A DNA stretch of 64,000 bases from NCBI GenBank assembly GCA_051294375.1, contig CM119264.1, positions 18,209,454 to 18,273,453 on the forward strand. Reading direction: 5' to 3'. Position 1 is the first letter of the stretch. The number at the start of each line of letters is the position of its first letter. Positions 12,918 through 25,098 of this stretch are shown here, piece by piece. Below the pieces are notes generated by a model. That model saw only the letters and a list, made by a program, of their open reading frames with translations. It was not told the origin of the DNA and ran no database searches. Made by a program: the position numbers and the translations under genes. Source of the stretch: Paraspadella gotoi (taxonomy: Eukaryota > Animalia > Chaetognatha).

Positions 12918-15900
12918 TTCTCTCTAAAATTTCCGAGTGGCGCGCCATAAAAACTCATGGGCCGTGAAAACCGGGCTGAGGAACCAGGCGAGACTTTCTT
13001 TGGGTCGAGTGGGGAAAAGGAACGTCGGGGTTAAGGAGGAGGAGGAGGAGGAGGGATGGAGACAAAATGGCAAAGAAGTTGAGGAGGAGGAGGAAGAGGA
13101 GGAGGGGATGATAAAGTGATGATGACGAGGCAAGGAAATGTAAGAAAGCAAAGGAGCGGAGAAAGTCTTTGAGTTTGATATAGAAAAAAAAACGAGAATC
13201 ATTGTTTGATTAAAACCAAGTCGAATTGTTTAAACTTTATGCATAAGATTATAAGTATAAGATAAATTTATATACATACATCCTTAAATGGCGATAGACG
13301 AAGCCAGAGAGATTTTTGCGACGTATCTACTTATATCTAAAACATTTATCTGTCGCCCTCGGGCACTCTCTCTTCAGTCTCTCTCTCCCCGCAATCATTT
13401 CCGACTCTTTGCCGTTTCTCCCCTTCCTCTCACCTTCCCCTCCACCACGGCCCCCTTCACTCTCCGTTGCCCGCCGTGGAAATGGGCAGCGGCGGTGTGG
13501 GTTGTAATAACAAAGGTCAGAGTTCCTCGCGCTTTCTTTTTCTTTTATTGCGCTTTGCAGTTTTATGAGAAATGGCTACTCAACGCGGCGAGGGGTTTCC
13601 GAGGAAGGAGAAAGATTGAGAGAAGGGTCGAAGTTGACCCGTTGGAGCGCGGTAGGGTGAAGAAGGACATTAAGGGGTAGGTTAATGTTGAGGACTCGGG
13701 AGACAGTATGGAGTGAGGTAAGACGAAATTGGGAGAGGACGGCAGATTATTAAGAATAAGAAGAATCGATAATTAAATATCAGTAATTCAGGTTGAATAC
13801 TTTAAGATTGCTCTTTTGCCAAAAAAAATTTTTTTTTTTTTGTCAAATTTTTTTTTTTCAGTTACAAGTTTATATTTTTATGAAAAAAATCATATATTTC
13901 GATTTTTTTAAGGAGTGATGCTTAATAACTTTAAAACTCTCCATTCTACATCCGGGATTATCAATGGTTTCATTTTTTTACATATATGTTTTCTGAGGTA
14001 TTGAGCGTTGATGCCACGACTCGTCCAAATGTTATCGAAATATATCGAAAAACAAGTGGCTCGAAATGGGCGAGCCGATCGAAAATGGAAGCGGAAGATT
14101 ATCTTTGGAAGAAGATGGGAAGAAGAAGAACAAGAAGAAGAACAAGACGAAGAGACAAATTGAGTTGTGGCCGCGCGAACAGAGACAGAGACGGAGAGAG
14201 GGATGTATAGAGAGAGGGGTGAAAAGTGGAAGAAGAAATACAGAGAAAGTCGGAAAAAGCGACGATGATAACACGAAAATGAGAGGAAGAATTCTCGAAA
14301 GGGACATCGCGAACCCACAAGAGAGAATGACGTATATGCAAAGTGCGAAAATCTGGAATGAAGAAAATCAAAAGGAAATCGGACAGAATGAGGGACAGAT
14401 GGGCGTGAGGAAATGTGGAAAAGGAAAAATTGAATGAAAACGGAGGGATGAGGAAAACAGAGAGTAAGAGAAGATCAAAAGCAGAGAAAAGAAAATTAAA
14501 GAAAGGAGCCTGAAAAGGGGAAGAAATAAAGGAGAAATAATGCAGGAATAGAAGAAAAGAAAATTAACAGGAACAAAATAATTTTTTTTAAAGTTTAAAA
14601 TAACAGTTTCGAAGAAAGAAATATGAATTGAAAGATATACAGTGAAACGTGTTCTCCAGAGTCGCTGACAGCGTCTAATTAGAAAAGACATGAAGGCTGA
14701 ATGCGAAACAATAAAACGGGAAACAGTGAGACAACTAGAAACCAACCCAAAACAAGTAAAACGCCGCAATAAATTAAAAAAAAGGGAGATGTATATGGTG
14801 ACGCCCAGTGACGCAGTGACGGGTGTAACGCGACCCGAGGGGGAATAGAGAGAGAAAAGAGAGCGACGCGGAGAGAAGAAGGGACAAAAAGATGATTGAG
14901 TCCTCGGATTACAGCTACAGGGTGGTTTTTTCCACAACCAGATTTTTGAAGCTCTACAGGATTAATTTTTTCGAGTGTTTTAGCCGGCAGGAATCTGTTT
15001 TTTGGTTGTAAATATTTTAGTTTTTCTTCCGATCATTTAGAAATTATACAATATACATTCCCGTGACAAGTGTTATGAATAATTAAAACAAACTCCGTTT
15101 CAACTGGAACTCACTTTCCTTTTTCACTCTGTCCATCGCATTCTTACCATCTCTCACTCCGTAACACCCGCGGGCCTTGGGTCTCCCGTTTCATTTCATG
15201 GGCCGTTGACGATCTATTGTATATCACGACCGAGCGCAGTTCCTCGTTTATCTTTCGGCGTTGCACTTCCGGTAGTCAGGGTGATGGTGGGCGTTTGTTG
15301 GGCGGGGTGCTCCTAGTATGACCGGGCGTTGCTGATTGGAAAATGGCGTCGTGGGTGACAAAGGATAAACGATAAACGATGAAACGTGAATCAGGGGGAG
15401 GAAGTTCCCACGAACCGGGTCAAAAGTGTGGCCCGTGTGTTGGCTCGGGAGGTCGTTCAAAAAAGGACCAGGCCGCCTCCGACGCCGACGATTCATGAAC
15501 TCCGTCGTACAGAATCTAAATGGCCGATTGGCTGATTATCGGTGGCAAACGTTGACTGAACCACGCGGTTTAGCCCGTTGGCCTATTGGCCCGTTGGCCC
15601 GTTGGCCCATTGGCCAGTCAAACGATCGATGGATGTCGTTATTGTGACGTCGTTACTTGATTTAGTTTTGTCATTCATTTCTTGTCATGACATTCGAACA
15701 ATCGCTTCCGATCCCATGTGACTATTTGACTGTTTGTACTGCAGTTTCTCTTGACTCTTCCATTCTATTCCGTCGTTTGTAATCAGTTTATTCGTCACCT
15801 ATTTTTCAGGCCGAATCAAACGTCAGGGGAAAAAAATGAAAATACATGAATGAGGCCGCCCTAGTAAATAATTATATGTTTATTTGCAAATTGACAATGT

Positions 15901-16158
15901 TTACGCATATACGTACTATGTTTTGCGATGCATCCCTGTCCTTTCGTGACGGGTTAATAAAAGCGATATATACCACCATGGTGCCACTAAAAACTCCCTC
16001 TGCCGCGGAGCGAAAACAAACAACAGCAGATCAGCAGGGACAGCGGCAGCAGCAGCGAAAGCAAGCCGCGTTAAAAACTTCACCAAGACGAATCCATCAG
16101 CTACCTTTTTTATTTATTGTTTTTTGAACTTTGACCCGTGCGTACACCTGTAGCGCTA

Positions 16159-16220
<62 letters not shown>

Positions 16221-16469
16221 TTTTATTCTGCAATATTTACTCGACGTTCTCGAGTCATTTTCCAAAGAGGTTGGCGAGACTTTCTCCCCACGAAGAATGT
16301 CGTCGCCATCGTCGTTGATATCGTCGTCGCCATCGTCGTCTTCGTCTTTGTCTTCGCTTTCGTCGCTACTTAATCATTGTCATCGTCCATCTTAATATTC
16401 TAGATTGTCAATGCGTTTTAAAATTAAATATTTTAGAGAAAAGGTTTTTATTTGTTGCAAACAATTAAA

Positions 16470-16511
16470 AACGTACATGTTTCGACTCTTTGCTTTCGAG
16501 ATTTTATCACC
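16470..16511 (-). ncRNA. Degenerate hammerhead motif (mutated core)
   Basis: Minus strand: GTGATAA AATCTC-GAAAGCAAA-GAGTC GAAA CATG TA CGT. The 3' tail resembles that of the 4972 copy (ttgtttgcaacaaa). Confidence 0.55.
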
Positions 16512-17035
16512 ACTGTCTGCAATGTTTACAAAATTAAATATACAACTATTCGTTTTTTACTTAATATTAGTAAATTAATAAAAAAAAAAAAAGAGTGTAG
16601 GTTTATTCTCAACGAATCTCAACTTATCAAACTTTAACTGTTGTCATTATTTTTTAGTCATCCATATTTATCATGCATGCGATGGGCGTGATCTTCTTCT
16701 TCTTCTTCTTCTTCTTCTTCTTCTTCTTCTTCTTCTTCTTCTTCTTCTCCTTCTCCTTCTCCTTCTCCTTCTCCTTCTTCTTCTTCTCCTCCCCTAATGG
16801 ATATTCCTTGTATTTGAAGCTTCAGTTTGTCGCTCCTCTTCAAATGCGATTATGATGAAAATTCAATTAGCGTCGATTCCGGAGCCTCGAAGGGCGGAAG
16901 GGGAAGCGGCGGAGTGGCAGGGTAAGGGAATTTAAGGGTCGGGGGAAAGAAGGTGGTCGAAGGGGCTGGCTAGGAGAACGGTGAAAGATATTGAATCCTA
17001 AACTTAATAGGGAGAGAAAAGAAAACGGATAAAGC

Positions 17036-17121
<86 letters not shown>

Positions 17122-17711
17122 TGTATTGACGCCTTTGAAAACCGACGAGCAAATAATGAGGAAATAATTTGGCGCCAAAAAAACGTCGCGAAAGATTGAG
17201 AAAGAGACCGTCGTGGTCGTCGTCATCACATCATCTTTGTCCCCACCAACGCGCGCCGTTTCGAGCCTTCTATTGGGCGGGCGGCGCGCTCGGAGGAAAA
17301 AACAAACAGAGTGAAAAAGTTGATCGTCTCCTCTTTTCTCGCCTCCCGTGGTTTTCGGCGGAAAAGGGTGGATCTGGTTGAGCGAGCGGAGGGATTTACT
17401 GGGATTCTTTAATCTTTAAGTTAAAAGAAAATGTCATGCTTAGTTTAGGGACCGAATGTTTAATTTGGAATGAAATCCTTTTAATATTTTTTAATGAGAG
17501 TGAGAAAAGGTTTATGATAAGGATAACGATGCTGGGCGAGTTGTGGGTCGATGAAAGTGAATGGTACATTTTAAAAAAGAAATAATTAAAAAGTAGGATA
17601 AATAAAAAAGTAAATTTTTACGTGGGAGTCTTATCCCTTTTGGTAAAAAAAACATACATAACTTTGATCCCTCCTCAAAATATTATCAATTGCCACCCCT
17701 TTCTGTTCAGC

Positions 17712-18300
17712 CTCTTAGATATTATGATTTTTCATTAATTACTTTCTAACAGGAATGATGTGTGATATCTATTAGAAAATTAGGACAGATTGTAATCTAA
17801 CCTTGTGTTGTATTGATGCTCCCTCTATTTCCAGAAGACAACGCTGACCTGCCCCTCCGAAAATGAGTTATTAGATATAATGATAAGTAAAAAAAAGCAA
17901 TATATATATAATTAAATAATATAAATTAAAGTGTAAAACCTTCAAAAGATTTAAAAATAGAAATAAGTGAAACAACTAATTTTAAAAATTTTCATATTGA
18001 GGCGATATATTACGTCGCTTTTGTTTTTTACAAGTTTATGAAAGTCTGAAGAAAATAATTTGAAAAAATAAAGAAAGAACGAAAATTTTTCAAGAAGAGC
18101 AAAAAACGTTTTTCTTTCCGGAAAAGTTTTGAAGGAACGATTCTCAACTCGTTTCCCATGTTTTTCCATATGTTTTTCATCCTTTCCACTTATTTTTCCT
18201 TCGTTTCCTTTCACGTGTCCCTGCTCTTTTTTTTCCTTCTTCGCGCACCATTAAATTACCAAACAAAGTTTCTCACCTCCTCAAAACATTTTCTCTCGCT

Positions 18301-18331
<31 letters not shown>

Positions 18332-18949
18332 NNNNNNNNNNNNNNNNNNNNNNNNNCCTGCTTAGATTTATGATTTTTCATTAATTGACTTTTCAACAGG
18401 AATGATGTGTGATACTATTAGAAAATTAGGACAGATTGTAATCTAACCTTGGTTGTATTGATGCTCCTCTATTTCCAGAAGACAACGCTGACCTGCCCTC
18501 CGAAATGAGTTATTAGATAATGATAAGTAAAAAAAGAAATAATATATAATTAAAATAATATAAATTAAAGTGTAAAACCTTCAAAAGATTAAAAATAGAA
18601 ATAGTGGAAACAACTAATTAAAAATTTTCATATTGAGGCGATATATTACGTCCGCTTTTGTTTTTTATACAATTTATGAAGAGTTGAAAAAATAATTTGA
18701 AAAAATAAAGAAAGAAGAAAAAATTTTTCAAGAAGAGCAAAAAACAGTTTTTCTTTCCGGAGAAAGTTTGAAGAAACGATTCTCAACTCGTTTCCCATGT
18801 TTTTTTCCAATGTTTTTCATCCTTTCCACTTATTTTTCCTTCGTTTCCTTTCACGTGTCCCTCTCTTTTTTTCGCCTTCTTCGCGCACCATTAAATTACC
18901 AAACAAAGTTTCTCTCACCTCCTCAAAACATTTTCTCTCGCTAATTGAG

Positions 18950-19026
<77 letters not shown>
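17712..19026. other. Near-identical ~620-bp tandem duplication across an N-gap, probably an assembly or haplotype overlap
   Basis: 17712-18331 matches 18358-19026, differing mostly by small indels, and is separated by Ns. The same pattern occurs at 3511-3691 / 3703-3860. Confidence 0.8.
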
Positions 19027-19029
<3 letters not shown>

Positions 19030-20992
19030 GTATGAATACAATGATGAGTTCTAGGGAGTATTTTAAATGAGAAAAATTCATCCGTTTAAATGCAGCGTCG
19101 TGAAAATGTAAGATGGAGTAAATTTGTGTTCACTCTTGTAAAATATCCTCGCGAGCGAGGAAAAATAAAGGCTTTTTCGCTGCTATGTTTGTAACTTCTT
19201 ATATTTTCTTCATAAATAAATAAAATCAAAGAAAAATTGATGTGACTCGACTGAGTCGCTTCTCGATTTAAACTTAAAGTCAACCGATATGAAGTCGCTG
19301 ATTGAAGATTCGCCAAACAGATTTTTTTTTCAAAAAGCGTCGTCTCAATCAGTATTCCGGAAACGCTCTGAAGGCGTTGCCCCACCAGAAGCCCGTCTAC
19401 TGCTTTGCGCTAAGTTATTTTGGTTTTATTTTAGGGTTGGCTGTTTGGAAACTATACGAGAGTTTTGCACCAAGCAGAAAGAAAAAAGAAAAAATAACAA
19501 AAAACTTAGGAATTTTCGAAAAGAAAGTAAATATCGCTATTAAATCGAAAGGAAAAAGTGGCGCAAAAGAGAAAAAAAGCGAAAAAAATAAAAGCAGAAG
19601 GAAAGCATTAAAAAGAAAAAAAAAGGGTTTAAGAAAAAGAAATAATACGAAACTGGTAAAAAAATGGCAAAGAGAGAAAAAAAAAAGGCAGTGAAACTCG
19701 TGTACTCGAAATTCATAATTATTTATGCAGGAATGCCGGGAGCGGGTTGCGAGGATGGTGGCGAGTTGGGACGAGGGGGCGGAGAAATCGTGAGAGGAAG
19801 ATATCGAAGAAGAGGGGAGGATTGGTGAGAACGAAGAGGTCCTCTAGCGGTGAGGTGAAAGACTTCACAAAGACCGAGGGTGAAGAGCGGGGGTTATGGA
19901 TCCGAGGCACGTTTTAGAATTTAAGGCTTTGGAACGGTTTCATGTATCTCTCGCTTCCGACGACGCCTTTGCCAACCATCTCTTTATCCTCATCCTCCTG
20001 CCTCTGTCTTTTTTTCCTCGTTCTCTTCCTCCCTTTGTCTTAATCTAATGGTCTTATTACTCCTCCTGTCTTCAATCTTTATCGAGCTTTTCCAGCCTCT
20101 CTTTCTTCTTTTTTGTCTTTTCTCCCTCTTTCTTTCTCTTTCTTTTCTCTTACTTCCTCCGCTTCCTCTTTATCGCCCTTTCCGTTCCTGTCTCCCTTAT
20201 TTTTCTCTTACTGTCTTACTGTTTTTCTCTTCTCGTGCTCCTTTTCTCTATCTTTCTCTTAATGCCTGTCTTCCTTTTTATCGCTCTCTACCCACTCTTC
20301 GTCCTCATCTCACCACATCTCTCGAACTTTATTTCCCTCATTCTGCTCTTGTTCTCCTCTTAGGGAGATGCGGCGCCCAAGCGGTGGTCCGCACGAACGT
20401 CTTCCTTTTCTTTCCTCCCCTGACATGAGCCTATGATTTTCTTTTTGTTCTTCTTTCATTTATTCGCTGTTTTTTTTTCTTTCTTCATTTGCTTTTGTTC
20501 GCTCAACTCATCGAATTAGCCTCTAATATAAAGAAATATGAACTGGACTGTTAGAAAGTCTCGAATTAATTTCGTTTTGAGAGCTTGATTTGGCTTTAGA
20601 ATGTTTTAAGTTTTTCCTTGTACTTGCTTCTCCTTGTTTTCAAACGGCACGCGAACAACCATCGATATTTTTGAAAGGCAACAGAATCTGGCCGCCAATC
20701 CGCCATCTTTATTTTCTCCCGGAATCTCATCACCGGATTTCCGGCCAAGGGATTTTTCATCAGTTTTCCGGAAATGAAGAAGATTCTCTGGTCGACGAAG
20801 ACGACGACGAGCACGACGACGACGACAAAGAGGACGTCGACGACGACGAAGAGGATGTCGACGACGACGAAGAGGACGTCGACGATGTTGTAGAAGTTAA
20901 CGAAGATGGTGTGGACGACGACGACAACACGGTTGACGCTTAGCGCATTAGCGGAGCTATTCACTTCATTACTACTCAGATTTTAAAATCCT

Positions 20993-22602
20993 TTATTCTA
21001 TCTAGAAAAAGTTTTAGAAACATTTTTTAATTGAGGATAGGATATCTACTCGAAAACTTGCTCGTTTTTTTTAAAAAAATCACGATGTTTCAGATTCTCA
21101 CTTAAATTTCCTTTCAGTTGCTTCCTTTCACATTTTTCGGTAGATCCAACCGTATAAAGTTAGAGGCAAAATAAGAATTGCTACCCTCAAGTGGAAAAAA
21201 TGGACGGAAAAAAAATCGCCCTTTAGTTTCCACAATTCTTCGGGTATTGAGATTATTTGTTTCTATTTTTCAAATTGAGTATTATTTTTTTCTTTTTTTA
21301 AATTTGGTTATGCCGAATAGACAGCCTCTCTTTGGTTCCATAAAGGTGCAATTGTTAATAGTCTCTGAGGAAAAGAGGGAAAGACGCAACAATTCATCAG
21401 CAATTGACTTTTGGAATCCTCGTTCCACCATTGCAAAATTTTTACGGCGATACAACAAATCAAAAAATTGGTGTGTCAGCACGCTTGGGGAAGACCAAAT
21501 AGTACCACACCAGCTTCAAGACCAGATTCTCTGAAAGACTCTGCTTACGGGATCGAAAAAAAAGTCGGCGTGTCTGAGTGAATAAGGAATGGAGGAAGGA
21601 GGAAAAGCTACAAAGCCACCGCGTTAATGCTTGATCGGAAGAACGGTTCAACAACCGTCTGGTGCAGCAGGATTTTCAGTCGTACACCTCGAAAGACAAG
21701 CTTAAAGACAGAGAAAATCAAAGCAAAGGTCTTCAAGTTTGCCACAAGATCATCTCCATTTGGTCCGTCGCTGACTGGTCAAAGGTGCCTTCTCTGATGA
21801 ATCGTGGATTCAGATTCGAGAAAATGGCAGGTTGCAGTTATTCTGCGTCGGCCTTGGTGAGCTTTTCTCCGGAGGTTTCGCAACTAACAACAAAGCACGC
21901 GCGCAAAATCATGGTCTTTGGTGCATCACAAGGACGAAAAAAAGCAAGCTGGTTTTTGTTCAATGGCACCATCAATGCAGTACGTTATCCAGGAACATAT
22001 AAAAAAGGGCAAACATAAAACTTTTCTGAGCGCGGAAATCGTGGGATCCTATCGCTTTATGGAAGACGGAGATACTGCGCATAGACCGCTTACGACGAGC
22101 AGTTGGCATGCCAATCTCATATACTTATTCTCTGGTTGGCGGGGAAACTCCCCCGATCTCAATCCAATTGAATCGCTGTTTGGTCGCGATGAAAGATGCA
22201 AAGTCAGAGAACTCGCAACATCAACATCGGGCTGAAAAGAATTGCGCTTAAAGGTGTGGAAAAAACATTTTCACCTTTCGTACTCAATCGCTTTACGATA
22301 GCATTGCCCAGACGAATGCAGGCAGTGGGTCGATGCCCGATGGGAGACAACCAAATATTTGAGAATGTTTTACCCATGTTTGTGTATTTTTTTTTGAAAG
22401 AAATGAACTTTAAAAAAAATGTTTCTAACTTTTTTCCTAGATAGTAGAATAGTTTGAGCATTCATGCTTTTAATTTCGTCATTTAAAGATAAAACCTTTT
22501 CACACCAATCGTCCAATACAATTAGCGAAAAATCGCCTTAAGTTACGGGGAAAAGAGTTTTAAAAGTGTTCAACGATTGGCAGTGTTTTGGAACGCTCCC
22601 TG
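20993..22602 (+). mobile_element. Decayed Tc1/mariner DNA transposon (frameshifted DD34E-type transposase)
   Basis: Fragments across frames: PRSTIAKFLRRY (HTH), WSVADWSKV..SDES, IMVFGA, GTINAVRY, FMEDG.TAHR, WRGNSPDLNPIE. The right end is ...ggaacgctccctg|TA. Segment 20993-21028 is an imperfect inverted match of 22412-22450 (remnant of a long TIR). Confidence 0.9.
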
Positions 22603-22696
22603 TAATCCTTTAACCTTTGGGAGACACTTGTTCCTCTGATTCGCCAGTTCGTCTGAGTCGAAATGTTAAGCGCTTTGTCAGGACTCAGATCATCCG

Positions 22697-23095
22697 TGAG
22701 TAAAGGGAGAAAAGAAACGGAGGAAGGAGTGAACGAAGGGAGAAAAGAACGAAGGAAGGACGTGAACGAAGGGAGAAAAGAACGGGAGAAGGAGTGAATA
22801 GGGGAGAAAAGAAACGGAGGAAGGACAGTGAACGAGGGATGAAAGAAGGAGAAGGGAACCAAGGAAAGAAAGGGAGGACAAAAGAGAAGAAGAAACGAAG
22901 GGAGAAAGAAACGGGAGGAAGATCCAGAGTGAACGAGAGAGAAAGAAACGGAAGGAAGGAGTGAACGAGGGGAGAAAAGAAACGGAGGAATGAGTGAACG
23001 AAAGGAGAATAGAAACGGAGGAAGAAGTGAACGAAGGGAGAGAGAAACGGAGGAATGAGTGAACGAATGGAGAATAGAAACAGAGGAAGAAGTGA
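22697..23095. repeat. ~33-bp purine-rich minisatellite (GAGTGAACGAAGGGAGAAAAGAAACGGAGGAA)
   Basis: About 10-12 imperfect tandem copies. Confidence 0.85.
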
Positions 23096-23789
23096 GAGTG
23101 GAAAGGTTGATTTAAAGGAAGTAGGCTATCATGAAAAAATAGAAGCAACAGATAAGAGATAAGATGTATCAAAATGTATAGCCATAGGAAATTGTTAAAA
23201 GAATAAAAAGTTAAATTATTTAAATAAAGATTTAAATTACTCACTTATTACAGAGAAGGCAAGAGGGGGCAAAAAGGGCAAAGATGGAAAAAAAGAAAAA
23301 GAAAAGGATAGGACAATGTTGACTTTGTGGGAATGGGAAAAGAATATGAAGAATTTTTTTTTTTTTTTTTTTCTGAAATAAAAAAGACAATTTGACAATT
23401 AAGACAATAAGAAGATTAAACGATTAAACGATGAGTATTGAGCAAGAAAAATTGCACTAATGGCACTAAAAATAAAATTCAAACAATTAAGGATCATTGC
23501 AGACATTGAAGAAGAAGACATACTATAAGTTAAGACAAAGTAGAGGATAAAACGGGGAGGCGGACTGGTTTCGATAAATGATTTCACAAATTCCAGTGTT
23601 TAAATTGTTTATTTCATAACTTTTATCCTCTAGACCACCCTATTATTTTCCTTTGCCCACTTCTCTTATATTTTCACTGCGATAATGTTAACTAATAATT
23701 TTTTTATTAATAAAAAAATATTTTGACTTGTCTTATCTCCAAATCTCAGCTTCAACTTTCCCTTCTGACATTCTCTTTTGCAAGAGGTC

Positions 23790-25017
23790 AACTAGGGCGA
23801 ACTGCACTCGAAAATTCTGGCCAGCTCCCGAATTGCCTTTGTTGCTTTCATGTTATCGTCCTGATTTTCGAATCTGAGAACCAGATTTCTACACGGGTTT
23901 TGAGATGAACACACACAAGCTTTAAAAATACATGATTACCAACTGATCTCAAAATATCTTTTTTAAAATGTCGTTGGTTGATAAGAGTAATATTGAGAAA
24001 AAAACCAGAAAAAAATGTATTTAGAACCACTGCGGAATTTTTATTACCGTATTTTCAGAGAGCTGTACAACAAAGAGCTCGACTTGGGAAATTCTTTTTT
24101 CGACGCATTCTTTCCAGTGTGTCTGCGGTTGCGTGTGTTTGCAAAAGGTTTTAACTTATGACCCGGCGATAATCGAGGCGTATGGAATCGCCAGTCTGAG
24201 GACAAAAAGAGACAGGGAAGGGGGAGAAAGAGAGAGAGAGAGAGACCGAGAGAGGATGGAGACGAGAAGAGAGACGAGAGAGAGAGAGAGAGAGAGAGAA
24301 TGTGAGGGAAAGAAAGAAAGGTTCGCCTCACCCTTTATATTCGATTTTCAAAGATTGGATGAGGTTATAGTGTAAAGGGGTTAGCGACACGATATAACCA
24401 TGATAGGGCCGACTAATTGAGGTGGCGCGTCGCTAAAAGGTGGCGGTTAAGGGTTAAAAAAAAGGGGGAAGATTTTGGGGAAGAGTATGGGAAGATAAAA
24501 GACTTGGAAATTGCAATAGAATACTAATTAGTATATACTATACTATACTATGTATACTATATTAATGTCACTGGTTTTAAAAAAAGAGTATATTGTCGTC
24601 GCCACATTTTTAAAGTATAAGAAATACCTGAAGGTGACGTAATTTTCATCTTCGTCGTCGTCATCTTCGCAATTCGTCGTCGTCGTCGTCGTCGTCGAGG
24701 ATGTTTATCTGATGAGAGAGAAGGAACACAACTTTGAACACAGTCACGGACATTCCTATAGACTCAATGAGCTTTTTCGCCGACATGGGGTTGAGGGCGG
24801 GCGAGTTTCTCTGCCAGGGCTTAGGGGGAAAGGGAATGGGAAAAGGGGTCGGCGTACGGAGGAAGTTGACCGAGCGATAAGAGAGTGATGAGTTGGCTAA
24901 CTGAATGGCGAGGGCTTCGTGGTCGTCCTCATTGATAAGACCGAACAATGGAGTTGAGGCGCGGAAAAGGAGAACAGCAAGAACTTTGCCATAGTTTTTT
25001 TTCTATGCAAAATGAAG

Positions 25018-25048
<31 letters not shown>

Positions 25049-25067
25049 AGAGAGGAGAGAGAGAGAG

Positions 25068-25098
<31 letters not shown>

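Noticed and set aside
17712-19026. Biological tandem duplication
   Set aside because: The copies abut an N-gap and differ mainly by small indels, which is typical of uncollapsed contig overlap.
11627-23095. CRISPR-like arrays in the 17-bp and 33-bp repeats
   Set aside because: Head-to-tail minisatellites without unique spacers, in a eukaryotic context with no cas genes.
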